A program made the translations under genes and the position numbers. The notes beneath the pieces were generated by a model that had not been told where the DNA came from, made no database searches, and saw only the letters and a program-made list of their open reading frames with translations. Shown piece by piece: positions 9,417-18,553 of a DNA stretch of 64,000 nucleotides (positions are counted from its first letter, which is position 1; every line of letters begins with the position of its first letter). Location: assembly GCA_964639225.1 (NCBI GenBank), contig CAZXCK010000002.1:5507-69506 (forward strand), written 5' to 3'. The stretch comes from an uncultured Anaerolineaceae bacterium. Its GTDB lineage: Bacteria; Chloroflexota; Anaerolineae; Aggregatilineales; Phototrophicaceae.

Positions 9417-10733
9417 ATGACGAGCATCCTGCAATGTATGGATTGTGCTGCCGAGTACCCAATTGACACAGTCATTTACACTTGTCCATCTTGTGGCGGT
9501 CTGCTGGACATTCGCCACGACATCGATGCCATATATGGCAAGGTCACCCGCCAGACCTTTGATGGCCGCTTGGGTGCGCTGGATGCGCCGCAGAACAGCG
9601 GCGTCTGGCGTTACAAAGAACTGGTCTACCCCGGTGTCGATGATGCCCTCATCGCCTCTAAACCGGAGGGCAACACCAACCTCTATGACGTGCCGCGGCT
9701 GGCCGAATGGGCAGGTGTCAATCGTCTGTATCTCAAGCACGAGGGCGAAAACCCCACCGGATCATTTAAGGATCGTGGCATGACTGGCGGTGTGACACAG
9801 GCACGCGCCCTGGGTATGGATCGCGTCGCCTGTGCCAGCACTGGCAATACATCGGCTTCTCTGGCTGCCTATGCCGCCCTGGCCGGGATACAGTGTATTA
9901 TCTTCTTCGAGAACAAGAATATCGCTCTCGGTAAGTTGTCACAGGCAGTGGCTTATGGCGCGACCGGCATCCGCATCAACGCAGATTTCGACCGTAACCT
10001 GGAACTGGTACGCGAGATATCGGAGTCCCTGGGCATTTATGTCCTCAATTCGGTGAATCCGTTCCGTCTTGAGGGGCAAAAAACCATCATCTTCGAAATA
10101 ATCCAGCAGTTGAAATGGCAAGTACCGGACTGGATCGTTGTGCCGGGCGGCAATCTGGGTAACTCGTCAGCATTTGGCAAGGCGCTCTCCGAACTGCACT
10201 GTCTGGGACTAATTGACCGGGTGCCACGCCTCGCGATCATCCAGGCCGAAGGCGCCGCCCCCCTGTATCGCAGTTACCGGCCAGACGCCAGCGTCAATGG
10301 TTACCAGCGCAGCGTGGATGAACTCGAGCCGGTGCAGGCCAAAACACTGGCAACCGCCATCAAGATTGGCAATCCGGTCAATTTCCCCAAAGCGGTTCGC
10401 GCTCTGCGCCATACAGGCGGCGTCGTCGAGGTTGTCAGCGATCAGGAAATCATGGACGCCAAGGCCCTCATCGACCGCCAGGGGATCGGCTGCGAGCCGG
10501 CATCGGCCTGTTCACTGGCCGGAACGCGCAAACTGGCGCAGATGGGCGTTATCCAGCCGGGCGAAACCGTGGTCGGTGTGCTCACCGGCCATCTGCTCAA
10601 AGACCCGGACGCCACCATTGGCTATCATAATCAGCAGCTTGAGAATATAAGCGCGACCTATCCGAATCGCCTGCACGACGCGGAGCCGAGCGTGCAGGCG
10701 ATTACTCGCATTCTTCAAAAAACGGAGGTCTGA
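9417..10733 (+). CDS. thrC: Threonine synthase
   Basis: PLP-lysine motif PTGSFKDRG and an N-terminal zinc-ribbon-like CMDC...CPSCGG. The ATG at 9417 was chosen; the ORF track start is 9381. Confidence 0.9.
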   Translation: MTSILQCMDCAAEYPIDTVIYTCPSCGGLLDIRHDIDAIYGKVTRQTFDGRLGALDAPQNSGVWRYKELVYPGVDDALIASKPEGNTNLYDVPRLAEWAGVNRLYLKHEGENPTGSFKDRGMTGGVTQARALGMDRVACASTGNTSASLAAYAALAGIQCIIFFENKNIALGKLSQAVAYGATGIRINADFDRNLELVREISESLGIYVLNSVNPFRLEGQKTIIFEIIQQLKWQVPDWIVVPGGNLGNSSAFGKALSELHCLGLIDRVPRLAIIQAEGAAPLYRSYRPDASVNGYQRSVDELEPVQAKTLATAIKIGNPVNFPKAVRALRHTGGVVEVVSDQEIMDAKALIDRQGIGCEPASACSLAGTRKLAQMGVIQPGETVVGVLTGHLLKDPDATIGYHNQQLENISATYPNRLHDAEPSVQAITRILQKTEV

Positions 10734-10737
10734 GATT

Positions 10738-11301
10738 ATGACCATGATTGGTGCTAACGTCGCCATTATTGTTGATGGGCGAGTTTTGCTGGCCAAGCGC
10801 GAGGACTTCGAAGTATGGTGTTTGCCCGGTGGCATGGCCGAACCAGGCGAATCGCTGGCGCAGACGGCAATCCGAGAGGCACGCGAGGAAACCGGCCTGG
10901 AAGTCGAGTTGACGCGCCTGGTTGGCATCTATTCGCGAGTTGGCGGATATACCGATATTCACGGTGCCCTCTTCACCGCCATCCCGACAGGTGGCACACT
11001 CAAACCACAGATCGAAGAGGTGCTGGACCTGCATTATTTTACGGTCAACGATTTACCGGCTGATATGTTCTGGTGGCATCGGTCGCAGATACACGACGCC
11101 ATGAACTACACAGGCAGCGGTGTAGCTCGTCGCACTCATCTGCCCGACCACGAGCTGAAAGTCAGCTCGCGGCAGGAACTTTACGCGCTGCGCGATCGCT
11201 CCGGCATGTCGCGCGTCCAGTTCTATCACTACTTTTTCGAGCAGGGTGACATACAGGATGTAATCGAAGTCCAGCCGTCCCATGTCGATGGTGCCATCTG
11301 A
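10738..11301 (+). CDS. NUDIX hydrolase
   Basis: Nudix box GGMAEPGESLAQTAIREAREETGL. It starts 4 nt after the thrC stop. Confidence 0.85.
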   Translation: MTMIGANVAIIVDGRVLLAKREDFEVWCLPGGMAEPGESLAQTAIREAREETGLEVELTRLVGIYSRVGGYTDIHGALFTAIPTGGTLKPQIEEVLDLHYFTVNDLPADMFWWHRSQIHDAMNYTGSGVARRTHLPDHELKVSSRQELYALRDRSGMSRVQFYHYFFEQGDIQDVIEVQPSHVDGAI

Positions 11302-11361
11302 AATCCGAACAAACACAAGACAGGAAGAAATGGGTTCTTATGTTTTTACGGGAGATGTCAG

Positions 11362-11736
11362 GTGCAGAGCCAAACTAATCAGCAGATTATGCTCAACGTG
11401 ATGGTGATGAGTGGTGTTGATGATGGCACACTACTGGCCTGCCACAGTGACAGTGATGGCAGCCAGACAGTTGATAAGTGGACGATCACCATCGGCAGGC
11501 GCGATGAAAATGATATCTGCCTGCGTAATGATACTTATGTGTCCCGCCAGCACGCGAAAATCCACTACAAGAACGCGGCCTGGTGGCTGGAAGACTGCGA
11601 AAGCACCAATGGCACATTCATCGAAAATGCCGAGGACTTCTTCGATGACCAGCCGGTAAAAGGTATCATTCAGATCGACGAGGGACAGCTATTCCGTGTG
11701 GGCCGGACATGGCTGCGTATCCAACCAGCAGAGTAA
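11362..11736 (+). CDS. FHA-domain protein
   Basis: TIGRRDENDICLRNDTYVSRQHAKI...STNGTFIEN is a canonical FHA core. GTG start with a GGGAGA RBS 6 nt upstream. Confidence 0.85.
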   Translation: MQSQTNQQIMLNVMVMSGVDDGTLLACHSDSDGSQTVDKWTITIGRRDENDICLRNDTYVSRQHAKIHYKNAAWWLEDCESTNGTFIENAEDFFDDQPVKGIIQIDEGQLFRVGRTWLRIQPAE

Positions 11737-11740
11737 ACAG

Positions 11741-13705
11741 ATGATGTCAAGAATTGCGCTGAAAGACATATTAATTGGTGCCCGGCAGGAAGCCTATCGG
11801 ATGCGCCACTTCTATCTCGGTGCAGAGCATCTTTTTATTGCGCTGCTGGAGATTCAGGGCAGTATTGCCAGCAACATCATCAAAGAATATGGCCTGACGC
11901 CCGAATATGTTATCAATGCCATCCGGCGTAAGACTGGTAAAGGCAGCAAGCACCGCCTGTGGGCAGGGGTCCCGAACACGCCCCGCATGGAAGTCATCCT
12001 GGACATTGCCGGCGACCTGGCCCTGGACCACAATCGTGAGGAAATCGACGAGCGCGATTTGCTGATGGCTATATTCATGGAAGCTGACAGCGTGCCCGTG
12101 CGGGTGCTGCGCGCCCTGGGGCTGGATAAGATCGAGCACCTGACGCAACTGGCCGCCGAGTACACCATCGCAGACGATTCGCACCGACCTTATGTCGATG
12201 TGATCTTTGGGCCGGACTTTGACCCTGTCGCTGCGCTCTCGGTCGAGCAGATGCTGGTGCTGCGCCGCATGTTCTATGGTTACCAACAGATTCGCGTAGA
12301 ACGCCGGCTGATTGGCGGCTACAGCGATGCGCTGCTGCTGATTGTTACGCCATTGCACGCTGATGGGCGTGAGGACGCGGCAGTTGTTGCCAAAATTAAC
12401 CACGTAGACGCCATTCTCGACGAAGCTCGCCGCTATGAAGTGCGTGTGCGTAACAGCCTGCCCCCCCTAACGGCCCGGCTGGAGGACAAACCCGCTACGC
12501 AAGAAGGAACCAACCTCGCAGGTCTGAAATATACCCTGGTTACCAGCGGCAACAACCGGCAGCCAATGGACCTGCGCGCTATTCTACACGACTGGGGACC
12601 CGCACGGCTGGGAATCTGGCTCAAACGCGAGTTATACCCGACATTCGGTCAGTTGTGGTGGCAGCAGAGCCGTCCCTATCGTTTCCAGGCATGGCGTGAA
12701 TACGACTGGCTGCTGCCGCCCATTCTTACTCTTGAACTCGCGAAGGAAAAACAACTGCCGCCACAGGGTTTTACTGTCCGCATGCCACTCAAGCGTTCCA
12801 GGCTGCGCCAGCTTGAATACGGCGATCTGGTGGCGGTGGAAAACTTCATCGTGCAGAAAATCTACCCGGAACGTAAGGCCATTCAACTTGCCGCCGGGCA
12901 TGGCACAGAATCCGCCCACGCATACAAGATCGAAATACGTGGCATTGACCTTGAAGCCAACACTTACTATCGCGGCGAAATCATTGAGCACATCATCGGT
13001 TCAGTGTGGAAGACACGCAACGAACAATTGATGCACGCGGTCCGCAGCCTGGAACCAGACTTTGACCCAACCGGCGAACGTATACCCGGAATCGACGACC
13101 GGGACGACCGCCTGCCCAATCCAATCGTTGCATTCGACGGCCTGCTTGACAGCTATGTCGATGGCACCCTGAGCACCATTCACGGTGATCTGCATCTGGG
13201 CAATATCATGCTCGGCCCCAACAACAGCAGCTTTCTGATCGACTTTGCACATACACGCGATGGTCACACCCTGTTCGACTGGGCCGTGCTGGAGGTCAAT
13301 CTATTATGCGATGTGGTGATGCCAGCAGCCGGTAGCACCTGGGACGATGCACGCGCTGTTGCACAGCAGTTGATGGCGCTTAACGGCGGCCTGCCGCCCC
13401 ATGACCCTGACTCACCAATCACACAGGCGCTGGCGGCAATCGCCAACATCCGAGAGATTGTTCAGGAGTGCCTGGCTGTCGAAAACAAGTGGTCAGAGTA
13501 TTACATCGCAGTCGCGTTCTGTGCGCTGCGAGCGATGATGTGGGACACACTGCCGCACAGCAGCCGCCGACTGATGCTGCTGGTTGCAGCACTGTCTATC
13601 AACGAGCTGCGCACGCGCTTCCGCCCTGGCAGCGACTCCAACCCACACTCACCAGAAGTAACCGACATCAACATGAGCTTTTGGTCGGGCGAGTTAGGCG
13701 GCTGA
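11741..13705 (+). CDS. Clp_N (Clp R-domain) repeat protein fused to an atypical APH/protein-kinase-like domain
   Basis: Two Clp_N-type repeats at the N-terminus (ARQEAYRMRHFYLGAEHLFIALLE; MEVILDIAGDLALDHNREEIDERDLLMAI). The C-terminal part has kinase-fold motifs: GGYSDALLLIV (Gly-rich loop-like), VVAKI (Lys), HGDLHLGNIM (catalytic loop, ~13181) and LIDFAHT (DFG-equivalent). It starts 4 nt after the FHA gene stop. Confidence 0.7.
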   Translation: MMSRIALKDILIGARQEAYRMRHFYLGAEHLFIALLEIQGSIASNIIKEYGLTPEYVINAIRRKTGKGSKHRLWAGVPNTPRMEVILDIAGDLALDHNREEIDERDLLMAIFMEADSVPVRVLRALGLDKIEHLTQLAAEYTIADDSHRPYVDVIFGPDFDPVAALSVEQMLVLRRMFYGYQQIRVERRLIGGYSDALLLIVTPLHADGREDAAVVAKINHVDAILDEARRYEVRVRNSLPPLTARLEDKPATQEGTNLAGLKYTLVTSGNNRQPMDLRAILHDWGPARLGIWLKRELYPTFGQLWWQQSRPYRFQAWREYDWLLPPILTLELAKEKQLPPQGFTVRMPLKRSRLRQLEYGDLVAVENFIVQKIYPERKAIQLAAGHGTESAHAYKIEIRGIDLEANTYYRGEIIEHIIGSVWKTRNEQLMHAVRSLEPDFDPTGERIPGIDDRDDRLPNPIVAFDGLLDSYVDGTLSTIHGDLHLGNIMLGPNNSSFLIDFAHTRDGHTLFDWAVLEVNLLCDVVMPAAGSTWDDARAVAQQLMALNGGLPPHDPDSPITQALAAIANIREIVQECLAVENKWSEYYIAVAFCALRAMMWDTLPHSSRRLMLLVAALSINELRTRFRPGSDSNPHSPEVTDINMSFWSGELGG

Positions 13706-13778
13706 ATAATCCAGGGCAAAACCGACAAAGGTTGTTATAATCCAATAACATAACAGCTCACTCTGATGGTATCAGGGA

Positions 13779-16700
13779 ATGGCCTTGCACATGGAAGACC
13801 TAACCGGGCAGGTAATCAAAAGCTACGAGCTACGGGAGCGAATCGGTGAGGGAGGGTTTGGCGCCGTCTATCGTGCCCACCAGCAGATCATAAACCGCGA
13901 AGTAGCGATCAAGGTAATCCTGCCGCGTCACGCCAATCATCCGGATTTTATCCGTCGTTTTGAAACCGAAGCGCAGCTTGTCGCCAGGCTGGAACATCCA
14001 CATATCGTCCCCCTGTATGATTACTGGCGCGAACCAGGCGGCGCTTATCTGGTCATGCGCTGGTTACGCGGTGGCAGCGTCCAGCACTCTGTCAGGCAGA
14101 ATGGCCCCTGGGAACCACGTGCCGTCAGCCATATGCTGAACCAGATCGGCGAGGCGCTGGCGGTCGCCCATCGCCAGGGCATTATTCACCGCGACCTGAA
14201 ACCAGAAAACATCCTGCTGGATGAAAACGAAAACGCCTATCTTTCGGATTTTGGTATCGCCAAGCAGTTGAGCGCCTCCACCGGCATCACACAGAGCAAT
14301 TCAATTGTTGGCTCACCGGCTTACCTGTCACCCGAACAGATCAAAGGTGAGGCCTTATCGCCACAGACCGATATTTACGCCCTCGGCCTGGTATTGTTTG
14401 AGATACTCACTGGCAGCAAACCTTACGACGGCGACTCTGCTGCTACACTGATGTACAAACATCTCAGCGAGCCTGTTCCCGACCTGCACGAGGTGCGTTC
14501 GGATATACCCGACGGACTGAACGCTGTCATCCAGCGGGCCACTGCTAAATCGCCGCAAGATCGTTATCCTGATGTGGTCGAGCTGGCACGCGAATTTCGC
14601 CGCGCAGTCCGCGCGATGGTCAACGAAGACACCATTTATGATACGGCGATCATCACCACTGGCAGCCTGGAAATGCCAGAGCCGGAAAATCCTTATAAAG
14701 GCCTGCGAGCCTTTCAACAGGCGGACTCGCTTGACTTCTTCGGGCGCGATGAACTCGTCCGTTTGATTGTAGCTCGCATGTCTGAGCCTGATCCAATCGC
14801 GCGCTTTCTGGCAGTCGTTGGCCCTAGTGGCAGCGGCAAATCCAGCGTCGTAAAAGCCGGCGTTATACCTGCCCTGCGCCAGAACGCCCTGTCCGGCTCC
14901 GATGACTGGTTCATCGTGGAGATGGTGCCCGGCATCGATCCAATGGAAGAGCTGGAAGCCGCACTGCTGCGCATCGCCGTCAATCCGCCAGACAGCCTGC
15001 TCAACCAGCTTAACGAGGACAGTCGCGGACTGGTACGGGCAGTCAAGCGCGTGCTGCCTGACGACACCGAACTGCTATTGGTCATCGATCAGTTCGAAGA
15101 GCTGTTTACGCTCGTCGATGACGAAGCTCAACGCATTCACTTCATGGACAGTCTGGCCTTGGCAATCACGGAAGTGCGCAGCCGAATACGGGTTATCATC
15201 ACTTTGCGCGCCGATTTCTACGACCGCCCGCTGAACTACAAGCGATTCGGCGATCTCATGCGCTATCGGACGGAGATCGTTCTGCCGCTCCACACCGAAG
15301 AACTGGAACGCGCTATCACCGGACCGGCTGCGCGTGTGGGCCTCTCGCTGGAACCCGGCCTGGTGACAACCATTGTAGCCGACGTTAACGAGCAACCGGG
15401 CGCACTTCCCCTGCTCCAGTATGCACTGACCGAGTTGTTCGAGCGTCGTGAAGGTCACACGCTCACAATGGAGGCCTACAACGAAATTGGCGGCACGATG
15501 GGCGCTCTGGCCCGGCGCGCTGACGAACTCTACGCTGGTCTGGGGCATGATGGCCAGGAAGCCGCCCGCCAGATATTCCTGAGACTGGTTACGCTGGGCG
15601 AAGGTACTGAAGACACCAGACGGCGCGTGCTGCAATCCGAGCTTTTGTCACTTGGCGACGACCCGGACCTGATGGAGATGATACTCGACGCTTTCGGTCG
15701 CTATCGCCTGCTGACGTTCGACCACGACATGACCACCCGTACTGCTACCATCGAAGTAGCGCACGAGGCGCTGATTCGCCAGTGGCAGCAGCTGCGCAAC
15801 TGGCTCGATGACAGCCGAGAAAACCTGCGCACCCAGCGTCGCCTGAATACAGCAGCCGAGGAATGGCTATTATCAGGGTGTGACCCCAGCTTCCTGGCGA
15901 GAGGCGCACGCCTGGAACAGTTCGAAAACTGGCAGCAGACATCCGGCCTGGCGCTCAACGAACACGAAACCGATTTTTTACAGGCGAGCATCGAAGAGCG
16001 TGAGGCACGTATCGCCGAAGAAACTGCTCGGCAGCAGCGCGAAGCTGCACTCGAAAAACGCTCGCAGGATCGGCTGAGGGCACTGGTGGCAGTTATGAGT
16101 GTGGCAACGGTTATCGCGGTGATCCTGGCCGTAATCGCGGTCACGCAGAGCCAGGAAGCCGAGACCGCCCGCACCGAAGCTGAGAGCAGCGCCGAAATTG
16201 CCCAGGCCAACGCCGCCGAGGCGAACGGTCTGGCGCTGGCCGCCAACGCTCGCAACGCATTGATCGAGTACAACCCTGTCCTTGGCCTGACACTGGCACA
16301 GGAAGCCGCCAGCATGATCCAGCCACCACCTCTGGAAGTCATGCGCGTGCTGGCCAGCGCGGCCTATGGCCCGAACGTCCGCGCCCGCTACAGCGATCAC
16401 AATGCCAGTGTAACCGGAGTCACCTTCAACGACGATGGCAACCTTATCGCATCGACTTCGATTGATGGCTCAATTCGCGTATGGGATACGACAACTCACA
16501 CCAGTACGCTGATCATTGAACAACCAGCATTAATCTTTACCCACGCCGAATTCAGTCCGGATAGCACGACACTGCTGGCTGCTGCTGATGATGGTGTCAT
16601 CTACCTGTTCGACACGCAATCCGGGGAGGAAATCCGACGGTATATCGGTCACACTGATCTGGTCACGCAGGTAGCTTTCGCGCCGGATGGTAACACCTTT

Positions 16701-18362
16701 CTGTCAGGGTCGCTGGACCGCACGCTGCGCTACTGGGACATAAATGCGGGGGCGGAAATCCAGCGCTTCGACGATCACAGCGGAGTCATACTCGATGTCG
16801 CCATCAGCCCGGATGGCCGGTTGGCTGCGTCCAGTTCCGGAGACGAGACCATCCTGGACACCAATGATGACATCATCGATCGAACTGTGCGCGTATGGGA
16901 CATCGAAACCGGCGACATCATCCAGACAATCGAACTGGGTGGGGGGTTTGTACGGGCAGTCGATTTCAGCCCGGATAGCAGCCAGATCGTCAGCGGGGCA
17001 TGGACCTCACAAACGGGTGGGCTGGTGCGTCTGTGGGATATTGAAACCGGCACGGAGTTACAGCGCTTTTTCGGCCACACCGACATCATCACCGGTCTGC
17101 GCTTTATGCCAGATGGCCAACAGATCGTTTCGGCCTCGTGGGACCAAACAGTACGCCTGTGGGATATCGATACGGGTATTGAGGTCACGAGATTCGAACA
17201 TTTTGAGGATCGTGTACTGACATTAGCTGTCAGCACGAACGGTGAGCATATTGTCGTCGGCACCGGCGACTACGGCGGCAACGAGATTAATCGCGATGTG
17301 GAAAACGCGACTGACCCAAGTGTCTGGTTAATCGACTTGAGAAACCGTACTCAGGTACGTGAATTTATCGGCAGCGAGGATTGGCTTTGGTCGCTCGACA
17401 TCAGCCCGGATGGTGTCTATGCAGTCACTGGCTCTGGCGCACTGCGCGCCCCATTTGTCGATACTGATGTGCGTGTGTGGCACATCTCTACCGGCGAAAT
17501 CCGCCACCGTCTGCGCGCTCACAGCGAAACGGTCGAGAGCGTTGCTTACAGTCCAGACGGTCAGTGGATTGCTTCTGCTGGTTGGGACGGTCTGGTAATT
17601 CTGTGGGATGCCAACAACGGTATGGAGATTCGGCGTTTTGGCAGCGAGGGTCGCGCCCATGCCGGGCAGGCGAGCGCCGTTGCATTCAGCCCGGACGGAC
17701 GGCTTATCGCATCCGGCGACAGCAACGGCGAAATTATTATCTGGGAAACGGAAACGGGCACTGATATCCACAACATGCAGGGCCACGCTGGACTGATCGA
17801 AGGACTCGTGTTCACACCAGATGGCCAGAGCCTCATATCTGCCTCACGCGATTCTACCATCCGCATGTGGGATGTGGCCACTGGTGCCGAGATTCAGCGT
17901 TTTGCCGGGCATGGTAATCGAGTGAGCGATGTCGCCGTATCGCCAGACGGGACGCAGATATTGTCTGGCGGCTGGGACCTGCGCGTCATCCTGTGGGATT
18001 CTGCCAGTGGTGACATTATCCGCGAATTTGTTGGCCACAGCGGACAGGTGCAGGCAGTCGCCTTCGACGCTACCGGCGCACTGGCGATCAGTGGCGCGGC
18101 AGATACCAGCGTGCGCGTGTGGGATGTGACCACTGGCCAGGAATTGCACCGTCTGGATGGTCACACCAACTGGATTTCGGGAGTACGCTTTACTCCCGAC
18201 GGCGAGTTTGCGCTATCCAGCGGACAGGACAACATCATGCGTCTCTGGCGCGTCCCGCGCTCTGATTCGGAAATCATCGCCTGGGCACAGCAAAACCGCT
18301 ACCTGCGCGACCTTACCTGTGCCGAACGCGAGAAATTTCGCACACCAGACCAATGCGCCTGA
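13779..18362 (+). CDS. Ser/Thr protein kinase - STAND-type P-loop NTPase - TM helix - 14x WD40 multidomain protein
   Basis: 1527 aa. The Hanks kinase motifs are intact (GEGGFGAVY, VAIKV, HRDLKPENIL, DFGIAK, SPEQ). The NTPase has the lead-in NPYKGLRAFQQADSLDFFGRDE, Walker A GPSGSGKSS (~14820-14846) and Walker B LLLVIDQFEE. A hydrophobic helix LRALVAVMSVATVIAVILAVIAV lies at ~16075-16146. Fourteen WD repeats (VRVWD, VRLWD, VILWD...) span ~16390-18250. Alternative ATG at 13791. Confidence 0.9.
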   Translation: MALHMEDLTGQVIKSYELRERIGEGGFGAVYRAHQQIINREVAIKVILPRHANHPDFIRRFETEAQLVARLEHPHIVPLYDYWREPGGAYLVMRWLRGGSVQHSVRQNGPWEPRAVSHMLNQIGEALAVAHRQGIIHRDLKPENILLDENENAYLSDFGIAKQLSASTGITQSNSIVGSPAYLSPEQIKGEALSPQTDIYALGLVLFEILTGSKPYDGDSAATLMYKHLSEPVPDLHEVRSDIPDGLNAVIQRATAKSPQDRYPDVVELAREFRRAVRAMVNEDTIYDTAIITTGSLEMPEPENPYKGLRAFQQADSLDFFGRDELVRLIVARMSEPDPIARFLAVVGPSGSGKSSVVKAGVIPALRQNALSGSDDWFIVEMVPGIDPMEELEAALLRIAVNPPDSLLNQLNEDSRGLVRAVKRVLPDDTELLLVIDQFEELFTLVDDEAQRIHFMDSLALAITEVRSRIRVIITLRADFYDRPLNYKRFGDLMRYRTEIVLPLHTEELERAITGPAARVGLSLEPGLVTTIVADVNEQPGALPLLQYALTELFERREGHTLTMEAYNEIGGTMGALARRADELYAGLGHDGQEAARQIFLRLVTLGEGTEDTRRRVLQSELLSLGDDPDLMEMILDAFGRYRLLTFDHDMTTRTATIEVAHEALIRQWQQLRNWLDDSRENLRTQRRLNTAAEEWLLSGCDPSFLARGARLEQFENWQQTSGLALNEHETDFLQASIEEREARIAEETARQQREAALEKRSQDRLRALVAVMSVATVIAVILAVIAVTQSQEAETARTEAESSAEIAQANAAEANGLALAANARNALIEYNPVLGLTLAQEAASMIQPPPLEVMRVLASAAYGPNVRARYSDHNASVTGVTFNDDGNLIASTSIDGSIRVWDTTTHTSTLIIEQPALIFTHAEFSPDSTTLLAAADDGVIYLFDTQSGEEIRRYIGHTDLVTQVAFAPDGNTFLSGSLDRTLRYWDINAGAEIQRFDDHSGVILDVAISPDGRLAASSSGDETILDTNDDIIDRTVRVWDIETGDIIQTIELGGGFVRAVDFSPDSSQIVSGAWTSQTGGLVRLWDIETGTELQRFFGHTDIITGLRFMPDGQQIVSASWDQTVRLWDIDTGIEVTRFEHFEDRVLTLAVSTNGEHIVVGTGDYGGNEINRDVENATDPSVWLIDLRNRTQVREFIGSEDWLWSLDISPDGVYAVTGSGALRAPFVDTDVRVWHISTGEIRHRLRAHSETVESVAYSPDGQWIASAGWDGLVILWDANNGMEIRRFGSEGRAHAGQASAVAFSPDGRLIASGDSNGEIIIWETETGTDIHNMQGHAGLIEGLVFTPDGQSLISASRDSTIRMWDVATGAEIQRFAGHGNRVSDVAVSPDGTQILSGGWDLRVILWDSASGDIIREFVGHSGQVQAVAFDATGALAISGAADTSVRVWDVTTGQELHRLDGHTNWISGVRFTPDGEFALSSGQDNIMRLWRVPRSDSEIIAWAQQNRYLRDLTCAEREKFRTPDQCA

Positions 18363-18438
18363 TCTGAGCCGGTATCGGCATGATGCCCGGCAATTTTCGT
18401 CATAGATAGTCGTGGCAGACTTGATGTACAGTTAGCTT

Positions 18439-18508
18439 ACGCATTATTCGACGGGCATATTCGACGCTTTCTATATGTTTTGTTCATCGAATATGCTGAA
18501 TTATGCGT
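18439..18508. repeat. Imperfect inverted repeat upstream of the S41 peptidase gene
   Basis: The left arm ACGCATTATTCGACGGGCATATTCGA (18439-18464) matches the reverse complement of the right arm TCGAATATGCTGAATTATGCGT (18487-18508). The motif ATATTCGA/TCGAATAT occurs three times. Confidence 0.6.
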
Positions 18509-18553
18509 TATAGTTTTCAACTCAAGCAACCTGACGACCAAGGAAACTCAACA

